Part shown: piece after piece, positions 23,823 through 36,500 of the stretch | Layout of the letters: the number at the start of each line of letters is the position of its first letter | How positions within the stretch are numbered: the first letter of the stretch is position 1 | Origin: Eledone cirrhosa | Taxonomy: Eukaryota | Reading direction: 5' to 3' | Length of the DNA: 64,000 bases | NCBI GenBank assembly: GCA_964016885.1 | Contig: OZ024759.1 | Location: forward strand, 6,076,001-6,140,000 | Position numbers and translations under genes: made by a program | The notes under the pieces: model-generated | What the model was told of the DNA's origin: nothing | What the model saw: the letters and a program-made list of their open reading frames with translations, nothing else | Databases searched by the model: none

Positions 23823-23858
<36 letters not shown>

Positions 23859-24628
23859 AGTAAATAATCGAGAATCAGAATTTCGGCCCACGAAATAACG
23901 ATAAACAAACTTCGACATGTGTAGCAGAGGGCTCAATAGTTTGGATGAACCAGAGCTATAACTATCGTTAAAATACCAACACATAAAGACGATGCTTAGA
24001 ATCAATCGCACAACCGAAAAAAACGACCAGGAAAATTCGGGTCATTCAAATAAAAAATTAATAAATTAATAGATTAAATGAATGTAAAAAACTCACCCGG
24101 ACCCGCTAGAAGGATGTTAAATTCTAGCTTTTTGGGTTTCTGCAGTTCCTTAATCAATTACTGTCAGCCCACATAAAAAAAATATCTGACTTCTAGTAAA
24201 GATGAACGTGGAACGTGCTTTCTCAACGGATGTTTCGTTCAAGAATACAGGGGTCCTGTTACTGGACGCACGTGTAGTCCAGCAAGGGACTATATATGGC
24301 GAAAGAATTCAGTAAGTGTAAATTTTGTAAGAATACAAAAAATCACAAATCGAATAAGAGTTCTCAGCAGACGTGTTAAAATAAACAAGAGCTATTCCCC
24401 AGTCAATAAGATCAGCTAAAAAATCAATAAAATTAACTGGTCAATAGCTAAAGTCTGGAGATTAATACAAGTAAATAATATATATATATCTATATGTAGA
24501 GGTTATATTTAATTTGTTGGGATACAACAAGCAAAATATTTTTATAACTGATATAAAGCACTCAACAAATTATTGGAGTAAATATACAATATATTAACAA
24601 ATGGAAACTATATTTATAAAACCATATT

Positions 24629-24694
24629 TATTTCATTATACATATTTCAAGGGCCACCAAGCCAAACTATGATGCGCTTTCATCAGATAAAATA
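24629..24694 (-). ncRNA. Type I hammerhead motif (HHR5), mirror of HHR6
   Basis: Reverse complement of 24796-24861 with one substitution in helix II. Confidence 0.65.
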
Positions 24695-24795
24695 TAATAT
24701 AGGTTAGTTTTATAAATAAATATTGACATACCCTGAAAAAATACAACCATTTTTCAGGGTATGTCAATATTTATTTATAAAACTAACCTATATTA

Positions 24796-24861
24796 TATTT
24801 TATCTGATGAAAGCGCACCATAGTTTGGCTTGGTGGCCCTTGAAATATGTATAATGAAATA
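24796..24861 (+). ncRNA. Type I hammerhead motif (HHR6), same family as HHR2
   Basis: TATTTTAT-CTGATGA-AAGcgCACCAtagtttggctTGGTGgccCTT-GAAA-TATGTA-TA/ATGAAATA. Confidence 0.68.
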
Positions 24862-25039
24862 AATATGGTTTTATAAATATAGTTTCCATTTGTTAATATA
24901 TTGTATATGTATATATATATTGGTTGGCATGAAAACTGAATTGAAGACAGCAAGTGTTGATGATAATTAATAAAATGATTTACTGGCGGTTTTAATTAAA
25001 TATATTAATGATTCTAAAACGGTTAAAATTGTACATATA

Positions 25040-25530
25040 TATAAATATTAATTGGTGAAACACAGAAAAAAAGCAATACCAGAAAGAACTATAAATGCCA
25101 TAAATGAGAGGGAAAGAGCGTTGGCAAAGGAAGAAGGGGGGGAGGGGGTGACAATATAAAACGAATAGGCTATGTAACCGGTAAACCCTAAAGGGACGCA
25201 ACACACATCGCTATAACGTTTCACCAGCTCCTGTTGTCTATATCTGTTTATGTATTTACCTGTAGATGTGTGTGTATGTAACTAAAGTGTAACATATGTT
25301 ACCAATGGACGACTAAATGATTTTAACTTGTTTTTAATAATTGATGGTGGAAAAGATTTCAAATTGTCTTAACTCAGACTAACTTATGGAGTCTGACCCT
25401 CTTACCGGCTGCATAGCCTCTTTAAAATAAATCAGTATTGGAAAGAACTATAAATGCCATAAATAAGAGGGAAAGAGCAAAGATTATTGGCAAAGAAGGG
25501 GGGGGGAGGTGACAATATAAAACAATAATT
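25040..25530. repeat. Unclassified dispersed repeat; further copies at 26790-27040 and, inverted, at 27135-27240
   Basis: Shared CCCTAAAGGGACGCAACA..CATCGCTA..CGTTTCACCAG block. Internal duplication 25075-25165 / 25435-25525. Confidence 0.7.
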
Positions 25531-25570
25531 ATATCGTAATAAACTTATGGTTGCCATTTGATATTATTAT

Positions 25571-25760
25571 GTGGATTGGCAGTATCAGTAGAGTCGGGCA
25601 CATGCTTTGCAGCATAGAGTTACGGTCCTTTATCGTCTGAGTTCAAATCCCGCCGAGGTTAACTTTGCCTTTCATCCTTACGGGGTCGATAAAATAAAGT
25701 ACCAGTAATACACTGGATATAATTGCTGGCCTTGTGCCAAAAGTAGAAACAATTATTATT
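25571..25760 (+). mobile_element. Deu/Nin-domain SINE
   Basis: GAGTTCAAATCCCGCCGAGG..GCCTTTCATCCTTACGGGGTCGATAAAATAAAGTACCAG and (ATT)n tail. Confidence 0.8.
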
Positions 25761-26270
25761 ATATATGAACAGAGAGAGTGAGAATATTTATATATTTATT
25801 TATATAACCAATGTAATTTAGTGGGGAATGTTTAAAATTCGAAACCGTCAACGTTAAGTCTATAACTCTTGTTGGAGTGAGGTAGAAAAGGTGATACATT
25901 AAATAGGGGGGAGAGAGGGAGGTTGAGAGAAGAAAGAGGAATAAAATAAGAGAAAGTGGGAGAGATTGAGATGAGAGAAGGAGGTAAGAAAGTGAGAGAA
26001 GAAAGAAAGAGAGTAAATAGAGAAAAGAAACAAGAGAGTGAGAGAAAAGAAACAAGAGTGTGAGACAGAGAGAAAAGAAACAAGAGAGTGAGAGTAGAGT
26101 GACAAACAGGGGAGATCACTCTCTATTACCCAATATTGTCGCGGGAAATATTACCTCTAAAATTAATCTGTGCATTGAGAATTTCCTTAAAATGCACAGA
26201 ATTATTAGCAGCAAACAATTTATTTATTTGAATTAAGTTTCCATCATCCATCACACTGGCTTCGGAGGAT

Positions 26271-26354
26271 ATGATAGCAGCCTGTGAAACCCAGGATTTT
26301 CTACCCTTTGGCAGGGAATATATCCATTTACATCCAGGAAAGTTCGAAATACAG
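26271..26354 (+). CDS. ANAPC1: Anaphase-promoting complex subunit 1, first coding exon (absent from the ORF track)
   Basis: MIAACETQDFLPFGREYIHLHPGKFEIQ resembles the vertebrate APC1 N-terminus (MIAARDLQEFVPFGRDHCKHHP, from memory). CAG|GTTAGA phase-0 donor. Confidence 0.88.
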
Positions 26355-27324
26355 GTTAGAAAATGAAAAAAAAATGTTTTTTTTTTGTTCAACTTCAACA
26401 TTTTTCGTGATTTTTATCTCAGTTCTTTGTTGTGAATCTAGTTTTGAACCCTCATGTCAGTCGTATCTATATGGTAAGGAAATATCTAGTGTTTCCTGGT
26501 CCTTGGGTAACACCAGTTGGACTGGTTCTTTCAGCGCATCTCCTTGTGTAACACGTACACAATTCTAACCTCTGGGGGCATGAAACAACATCCACGTGCC
26601 TGTCATGTCTTATTAGCTCTATACGGATGTTTAAATCGATTGAATAAACAAACAAATGTGGTTTATTTGACTGTACTGTTCTCTCTAGCCAAAATATTAA
26701 GCTCAGTCCATCTAGCTGCAACTAGACATCACTGTATTCCTCTGTATTGTGTCTTTAGCCAACGTATTTAGTTCGAATACGTTATGTAGCAGGTAAGCCC
26801 TAAAGGGACGCAACATACATCGCTACAGCGTTTCACCAGCCCCTTCCTTCTGCTATCTGTTTATGTATTTACCTATAGATGTGTGTGTATGTAACTAAAG
26901 TGTAACGTACGTTAGCAATGGACGACTAAATGATTTAAACTTGTTTTTTAACAATTGATGGTGGAAAAGATTTCGAATTGTCTTCAGACCTTAAAAGGCC
27001 GCAACTCATGGTGTCTGACACTCTTGCCGGCTACATAGCTCAGCCCACATAGCTGTAAGTAGATACCATAATGTGGTTAAGATCCCTGTATTGTGACTCT
27101 AGCCAACATATTTAACTCTCACCAATATCACAGGAAAGAATTTTACTGGTGAAACGCTATAGTGAAGTGTGTTGCGTCCATTTAGGGTTTACCGGCTACA
27201 TAGTCTATTCATTAAATATTGATTATTCTGTGTTTATTGATTTTGGTGTTCCTGTACTTTTGTAAAAGTCTTAAAAAGGTGGTTTGATGTGGTACAGGAC
27301 AATGAGAGAGTTCAATATTCTTAT

Positions 27325-27585
27325 TCCTGAGAAGGTCGTGGGGCCAGAGTCCTCAACCACCCCTTCCAGCTGGTCCTGTCAGAAGCAACCGTCTCCAACT
27401 GATCTGGCTGGATCCCCAAGTGAAACCAGCTGAGCTCATGGATGTTATCCATCTTGCTCGGGGTCCACCCCTGGGTCTCCTACCTGTTGGTTTTGCCTGT
27501 AAAATCTGTCCAGCTATTTTTTCCTGAGGTATTCTAACCACATGCCCATATTATCAGAGCTGTGATCTCTTAATTTGGATAAGTG
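27325..27585 (-). mobile_element. Degenerate RTE LINE 3' fragment (intronic)
   Basis: GHVVRIPQEKIAGQIL..RRPRGGPR. Confidence 0.75.
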
Positions 27586-27693
27586 TTCCTGTACTTTTGT
27601 AAAATGTCTTAGAAATGTGGTTTGATGCGGTACAGGACAATAGGAATGTTCAATATTGATTATTTATTGATCTCTCTTTTTTCCTCCTCACAG

Positions 27694-28009
27694 GTACAAC
27701 GGAGTCATCATGCAGATCATGGCCTGCCATTACTTCGCTCGTTCCGTGACATCTCTATCAGTGAACAGAGTCCCAAGGAACAGTGGCAGCTACACTGCAA
27801 GCCGTCATCCAACCCTGTTGGAGCTGTGGAAGAAGAACTGTATATATCTGGTAATACAGTTATCTGGAGTACTGGTAGCAGACAGGAATCTCGGCTTGTC
27901 CTAAAGACATTTACTGTAGAATCCCCAGTTATTCAGGCCATGTACTGCAGCTTCTTGCTTTCCCATAACACCACTGGTACTTCACAACAAACAGATTTAG
28001 ACATACCTG
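27694..28009 (+). CDS. ANAPC1: ANAPC1 second coding exon (donor after 28009 or 28013)
   Basis: Polypyrimidine-CAG acceptor in phase 0. EQWQL..EEELYISGNTVIWSTGS..KTFTVESPVIQAMYCSF matches APC1 DEELYVAGNMVIWSKGS..KAFTVDSPVQQALWCDF. Confidence 0.9.
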
Positions 28010-28249
28010 GTCGGTAAACCTTTCTTCTTGTGTTGTTCTTGGTATTGTTGTTGTTACTGTGGGTGTTCTTGTGGTAGTGGGGTGGTGCTGTTTGTTCTTA
28101 TAACATGATAATGAAAATTATACTCCAAACCCATGCAAGCGTGGAACATGGACGTTAAACGATGATGATGATGATGATGATATTGTGTACAGTGTTCAAG
28201 TGCACTACAACTCATCAAGGTGCATGTACAGTCTTGTTCTTTGCCCACT

Positions 28250-28965
28250 TATTCCTAGGAGGGTCATGGGAGCAGAGTCCTGAGACACTCCTTCCAGAGG
28301 GTCCTGTCAGAAGCAACCATCTCCAAATGATCCAGCTGGATCCTCAAACGAGACCAGCTAAGATCCTGGATGTTACCCAACCATCTTGCTCTGGGTCACC
28401 TACCTGTTGGTTTCGCCCATAAAATCTGTCCAGCTATTCTTTCCTGACACATTCTAACCACATGTCCATAGTATTGGAGTTGTGGGCTCTTAATTTGGAG
28501 AAGTAGCGGCTCTACCTGGAGTGACTCTGATCTCCGAGCTACGTACTTTATCGAGTAACGTTACTCCAAAGACCCTTCGGAGGAACCCTTTTTCGGCCGC
28601 TTGTATTCACGATTGTATTCTTTCGGTCATTACTCGAGGTTCATCACCATAGGTAAGGGTTGGCACGGATACCAAATTGAAGATATCAAGTTTGGCTTTT
28701 ACACCTACTTTCCTTCTTCTGATTGCTGAATGCTGCAGCTGGTGCATTACTGCACCAGCTCCTGCAATTCTTGCACTTAATTCAACCTCCTGCCTTCCAT
28801 CACTTGTGAACACAGCACCAAGATACTTGAACTTCTCTACCTGCTTTACTGGAACTCCACTCACATGTAGCGTGCACTGCGTAGGCTTCCTTGAGAGGGC
28901 GAGTGTCTCAGTTTTCGCAGCACTGATTTTAATTCCAGCCATGCATTAAAACTATCAAGTGCATG
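28250..28965 (-). mobile_element. Degenerate RTE LINE 3' fragment (intronic)
   Basis: GIKISAAKTE, QVEKFKYLG and PTLTYGDE motifs. Confidence 0.85.
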
Positions 28966-30513
28966 TATAGTACATAGAATAATGTACAAATGTCAGGAAA
29001 GTGAATAGTGTATGAGTCATGATATACTCATAGATACATGTGTATATGGAGGGAGAATATCAGGGGTAGTGTTGACGAATTTCGGGAAGAATGGAAGTTT
29101 TGAAGGATGCTGTGTCCCGATAGTTATCAACTGATGCAGGTAGTTTGTTCCATGCTTCTGCAACTCTGAGTTGTGGTGTTGTTACTGTTGTTGTTGTTAC
29201 TGGTTGTGTTGTTATTGTTAAGGGTTTTATATGTACTGATTAGATATTCCTGGTAGTTACCAACTTTTTCTGCTTCTCATGTTCTTAAGGATTTCCCATG
29301 TTTAGCCACCCTCATGTGAGGTAACATCTCATTCAAAGTTTCAAGGTGGAGGTCAATTATAGAGACTCTGTCCCTGTTAGTCCCATCAGCTGCCTTTACA
29401 ATAAGACAAATAGCTAGCCTCTGTCATTACTGGAATGTTTTAGAAGTGAGAATAGAGCAAAAGTGTTGTGACTTTAAAACTCTCCTCAATATATTTCTAA
29501 TGAAAGACATTGCCAAAGATTTTCAAATAGCTTTGAAAATAATCAAGAATTTTGTAAGGATTTAGTAATACAACTAACTTTTTCATTATTAACCCTTTAC
29601 CATTTACATTATTCTATATTTACTATTGTATTTTTATTGTAAAGGCTTTACATAACATAATTATCTCACATAATATCGAATTTATGTGATTTTGATATTA
29701 TTTATTTTGAGAACAATTCTTTAACATCAGTATGAGCAGCCAGTTTGAACAGAAAGAGGTGAGAGAATTCTAGCTGGATATTGGAGGTTTAAATGCTAAA
29801 GAGTTAAGTTGGTGTTTGGAACATAACTTAACAAAAGTTCTAACATAATATTATGGTGAAAGATTTTTAGGTAAATATAAACACTTTGAAACAAACAGTT
29901 ATATATCATAGAACCAGGGGTGTTTGGAACATAACTTAACAAAGGTTCGGTATTGTAGAACCAGGAGCGTTTGATAAAACTTGGTTTGTTTTAAATAGTT
30001 TAACACAGACGATATAAAAATGTTTAACATTAATCTAAACTTTTCAAATTATTTTGAAAATAAATCAAAAACATTTGGAGGGGTTTAGTAAAATAACATC
30101 ATTATTAAGTTATTGGAACATAACTTAACAAAGGTTTTTTTACATAAATTATGATGGAAGACTTTTAGAGACATTGGTTGCTCTCCGATAGGTTGGCAGT
30201 GGAGACTTCTGGTGTTCTTGGCCCTAGGACCACTTCTCTACTTACCACTATAGGCGTAGAGCTGGTTAGCCTTGCGAGTTGGAATAGTTCTTCCAGCACA
30301 TCTCCCTTACCATCCTCCGGAGAAACGCCTTCTCTATTCTGTTCGCTGAGGCTGTGGGGCGGCCAGCGCATGGGACCCCATTTGATCATAATAGTGAGAG
30401 ATGGGAAGGGCGAGAGAGACGGAGGCAATAACAGTGGGAGTGCGGCTCCTCTGTGGACCTGGTGTACATCTGTGTATTTTTACACACAGATAGGCGTAGA
30501 CATTGGTTGAAAA

Positions 30514-33500
30514 AGTACAAAACAATACTATGACTACATCACATTAAATATTAAAGTCTTTACTGTAATACTGTAAATATTCACAACAATCTGTCCACTA
30601 GTAAAGATACTATAAACATTTAGTACAAAACAACACTATGACTACATCACATTAAATATTAAAGTCTTTACTGTAATACTGTAAATGTTCACAACAATCT
30701 GTCCACCAGTAAAGATACTATAAACATTTAGTACAAAACAACACTATGACTACATCACATTAAATATTAAAGTCTTTACTGTAATACTGTAAATGTTCAC
30801 AACAATCTGTCCACCAGTAAAGATACTATAAACATTTAGTACAAAACAACACTATGACTACATCACATTAAATATTAAAGTCTTTACTGTAATACTGTAA
30901 ATGTTCACAACAATCTGTCCACCAGTAAAGATACTATAAACATTTAGTACAACACAACACTATGACTACATCACATTAAATATTAAAGTCTTTACTGTAA
31001 TACTGTAAATATTCACAACAATCTGTCCACCAGTAAAGATACTATAAACATTTAGTACAAAACAACACTATGACTACATCACATTAAATATTAAAGTCTT
31101 TACTGTAATACTGTAAATATTCACAACAATCTGTCCACCAGTAAAGATACTATAAACATTTAGTACAAAACAACACTATGACTACATCACATTAAATATT
31201 AAAGTCTTTACTGTAATACTGTAAATGTTCACAACAATCTGTCTACCAGTAAAGATACTATAAACATTTAGTACAAAACAACACTGACTACATCACATTA
31301 AATATTAAAGTCTTTACTGTAATACTGTAAATATTCGCAACAATCTGTCCACCAGTAAAGATGCTATAAACATTTAGTACAAAACAACACTATGACTACA
31401 TCACATTAAATATTAAAGTCTTTACTGTAATACTGTAAATATTCACAACAATCTGTCCACCAGTAAAGATACTATCAACATTTAGTACAAAACATCACTA
31501 TGACTACATCACATTAAATATTAAAGTCTTTACTGTAATACTGTAAATGTTCACAACAATTTGTCTACCAGTAAGGATACTATCAACATTTAGTACAAAA
31601 CAACACTATGACTACATCACATTAAATATTAAAGTCTTTACTGTAATACTATAAATATTCACAACAATCTGTCTACTAGTAAAGATACTATAAACATTTA
31701 GTACAAAACAATACTATGACTACATCACATTAAATATTAAAGTCTTTACTGTAATACTGTAAATATTCACAACAATCTGTCCACCAGTAAAGATACTATA
31801 AACATTTAGTACAAAACAACACTATGACTACATCACAAAGTCTTTACTGTAATACTGTAAATATTCACAATAATCTGTCTACCAGTAAAGATACTATAAA
31901 CATTTAGTACAAAACAACACTATGACTACATCACATTAAATATTAAAGTCTTTACTGTAATACTGTAAATGTTCACAACAATCTGTCCACTAGTAAAGAT
32001 ACTATAAACGTTTAGTACAAAACAACACTATGACTACATCACATTAAATATTAAAGTCTTTACTGTAATACTGTAAATATTCACAACAATCTGTCCACCA
32101 GTAAAGATACTATAAACATTTAGTACAAAACAACACTATGACTACATCACAAAGTCTTTACTGTAATACTGTAAATATTCACAATAATCTGTCTACCAGT
32201 AAAGATACTATAAACATTTAGTACAAAACAACACTATGACTACATCACATTAAATATTAAAGTATTTACTGTAATACTGTAAATGTTCACAACAATCTGT
32301 CCACTAGTAAAGATACTATAAACGTTTAGTACAAAACAACACTATGACTACATCACATTAAATATTAAAGTCTTTACTGTAATACTGTAAATGTTCACAA
32401 CAATCTGTCCACTAGTAAAGATACTATAAACGTTTAGTACAAAACAACACTATGACTATATCACATTATTAAAGTCTTTACTGTAATACTGTAAATGTTC
32501 ACAACAATCTGTCCACCAGTAAAGATACTATAAACATTTAGTACAAAACACTATGACTACATCACATTAAATATTAAAGTCTTTACTGTAATACTGTAAA
32601 TATTCACAACAATCTGTCCACCAGTAAAGATACTATAAACATTTAGTACAAAAGAATACTATGACTACATCACATTAAATATTAAAGTCTTTACTGTAAT
32701 ACTGTAAATGTTTACAACAATTTGTCTACCAGTAAAGATACTATCAACATTTAGTACAAAACAACACTATGACTACATCACATTAAATATTAAAGTCTTT
32801 ACTGTAATACTGTAAATATTCACAACAATCTGTCTACTAGTAAAGATACTATAAACATTTAGTACAAAAGAATACTGTGACTACATCACATTAAATATTA
32901 AAGTCTTTACTGTAATACTGTAAATGTTCACAACAATCTGTCCACTAGTAAAGATACTATAAACATTTAGTACAAAACAACACTATGACTACATCACATT
33001 AAATATTAAAGTCTTTACTGTAATACGATAAATTTCCACAACAATCTGTCTACCAGTAAAGATACTACAAAGATTTAGTACAAAACAACACTATGACTAC
33101 ATCACAATAAATATTAAAGTCTTTACTGTAATACTGTAAATGTTCACAACAATCTGTCCACCAGTAAAGATACTATAAACATTTAGTACAAAACAACACT
33201 ATGACTACATCACATTAAATATTAAAGTATTTACTGTAATACTGTAAATATTCACAACAATCTGTCCACCAGTAAAGATACTATAAACATTTAGTACAAA
33301 ACAACACTATGACTACATCACATTAAATATTAAAGTCTTTACTGTAATACTGTAAATATTCACAACAATCTGTCCACTAGTAAAGATACTATAAACATTG
33401 AGTACAAAACAACACTATGACTACATCACATTAAATATTAAAGTCTTTACTGTAATACTGTAAATGTTCACAACAATCTGTCCACCAGTAAAGATACTAT

Positions 33501-36500
33501 CAACATTTAGTACAAAACAACACTATGACTACATCACATTAAATATTAAAGTCTTTACTGTAATACTGTAAATATTCACAATAATCTGTCTACTAGTAAA
33601 GATACTATAAACATTTAGTACAAAAGAATACTATGACTACATCACATTAAATATTAAAGTCTTTACTGTAATACTGTAAATATTCACAACAATCTGTCCA
33701 CCAGTAAAGATACTATAAACATTTAGTACAAAACAACACTATGACTACATCACATTAAATATTAAAGTCTTTACTGTAATACTGTAAATATTCACAACAA
33801 TCTGTCCACCAGTAAAGATACTATAAACATTTAGTACAAAACAACACTATGACTACATCACATTAAATATTAAAGTCTTTACTGTAATACTGTAAATGTT
33901 CACAACAATCTGTCCACCAGTAAAGATACTATAAACATTTAGTACAAAACAACACTATGACTACATCACATTAAATATTAAAGTCTTTACTGTAATACTA
34001 TAAATATTCAAAACAATCTGTCTACTAGTAAAGATACTATAAACTTTTAGTACAAAACAATACTATGACTACATCACATTAAATATTAAAGTCTTTACTG
34101 TAATACTGTAAATATTCACAACAATCTGTCCACCAGTAAAGATACTATCAACATTTAGTACAAAACAACACTATGACTACATCACATTAAATATTAAAGT
34201 CTTTACTGTAATACTATAAATATTCACAACAATCTGTCTACTAGTAAAGATACTATAAACATTTAGTACAAAACAATACTATGACTACATCACATTAAAT
34301 ATTAAAGTCTTTACTGTAATACTGTAAATGTTCACAACAATCTGTCCACTAGTAAAGATACTATAAACGTTTAGTACAAAACAACACTATGACTACATCA
34401 CATTAAATGTTAAAGTCTTTACTGTAATACTGTAAATGTTCACAACAATCTGTCCACTAGTAAAGATACTATAAACGTTTAGTACAAAACAACACTATGA
34501 CTATATCACATTAAATATTAAAGTCTTTACTGTAATACTGTAAATATTCACAACAATCTGTCCACCAGTAAAGATACTATAAACATTTAGTACAAAACAA
34601 CACTATGACTACATCACAAAGTCTTTACTGTAATACTGTAAATATTCACAATAATCTGTCTACCAGTAAAGATACTATAAACATTTAGTACAAAACAACA
34701 CTATGACTACATCACATTAAATATTAAAGTCTTTACTGTAATACTGTAAATGTTCACAACAATCTGTCCACTAGTAAAGATACTATAAACGTTTAGTACA
34801 AAACAACACTATGACTACATCACATTAAATATTAAAGTATTTACTGTAATACTGTAAATATTCACAACAATCTGTCCACCAGTAAAGATACTATAAACAT
34901 TTAGTACAAAACAACATTATGACTACATCACATTAAATATTACAGTCTTTACTGTAATACTGTAAATATTCACAACAATCTGTCCACCAGTAAAGATACT
35001 ATAAACATTTAGTACAAAACACTATGACTACATCACATTAAATATTAAAGTCTTTACTGTAATACTGTAAATATTCACAACAATCTGTCCACCAGTAAAG
35101 ATACTATAAACATTTAGTACAAAAGAATACTATGACTACATCACATTAAATATTAAAGTCTTTACTGTAATACTGTAAATGTTCACAACAATTTGTCTAC
35201 CAGTAAAGATACTATCAACATTTAGTACAAAACAACACTATGACTACATCACATTAAATATTAAAGTCTTTACTGTAATACTGTAAATATTCACAACAAT
35301 CTGTCCACCAGTAAAGATACTATAAATATTTAGTACAAAACAACACTATGACTACATCACATTAAATATTAAAGTCTTTACTGTAATACTATAAATATTC
35401 ACAACAATCTGTCTACTAGTAAAGATACTATAAACATTTAGTACAAAACAATACTATGACTACATCACATTAAATATTAAAGTCTTTACTGTAATACTGT
35501 AAATATTCACAACAATCTGTCCACCAGTAAAGATACTATAAACATTTAGTACAAAACAACACTATGACTACATCACAAAGTCTTTACTGTAATACTGTAA
35601 ATATTCACAATAATCTGTCTACCAGTAAAGATACTATAAACATTTAGTACAAAACAACACTATGACTACATCACATTAAATATTAAAGTCTTTACTGTAA
35701 TACTGTAAATGTTCACAACAATCTGTCCACTAGTAAAGATACTATAAACGTTTAGTACAAAACAACACTATGACTACATCATATTAAATATTATAGTCTT
35801 TACTGTAATACTGTAAATGTTCACAACAATCTGTCCACTAGTAAAGATACTATAAACGTTTAGTACAAAACAACACTATGACTATATCACATTAAATATT
35901 AAAGTCTTTACTGTAATACTGTAAATATTCACAACAATCTGTCCACCAGTAAAGATACTATAAACATTTAGTACAAAACAACACTATGACTACATCACAT
36001 TAAATATTAAAGTCTTTACTGCAATACTGTAAATGTTCACAACAATCTGTCCACTAGTAAAGATACTATAAACGTTTAGTACAAAACAAAACTATGACTA
36101 CATCACATTAAATATTAAAGTCTTTACTGTAATACTGTAAATATTCACAATCTGTCCACCAGTTAAGATACTATAAACATTTAGTACAAAACAACACTAT
36201 GACTACATCACATTAAATATTAAAGTATTTACTGTAATACTGTAAATATTCACAACAATCTGTCCACCAGTAAAGATACTATAAACATTTAGTACAAAAC
36301 AACACTTTGACTACATCACATTAAATATTACAGTCTTTACTGTAATACTGTAAATATTCACAACAATCTGTCCACCAGTAAAGATACTATAAACATTTAG
36401 TACAAAACACTATGACTACATCACATTAAATATTAAAGTCTTTACTGTAATACTGTAAATATTCACAACAATCTGTCCACCAGTAAAGATACTATAAACA

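Larger units (their letters stand above)
24582..24908. repeat. 327-bp palindrome (~159-bp arms, 9-nt loop) with a hammerhead in each arm
   Basis: Centre at 24745 (CCCTGAAAAA-ATACAACCA-TTTTTCAGGG). One mismatch seen between the arms. Confidence 0.92.

Noticed and set aside
24250-24292. GC-richer hairpin GTCC..CTGGAC-gcacgtgta-GTCCAG..GGAC
   Set aside because: A single copy with no recognisable RNA family core.
30165-30525. Short ORFs and a 12-bp direct repeat (AGACATTGGTTG) just before the satellite
   Set aside because: No APC1 or other recognisable protein similarity. Probably a retroelement remnant that I cannot classify.
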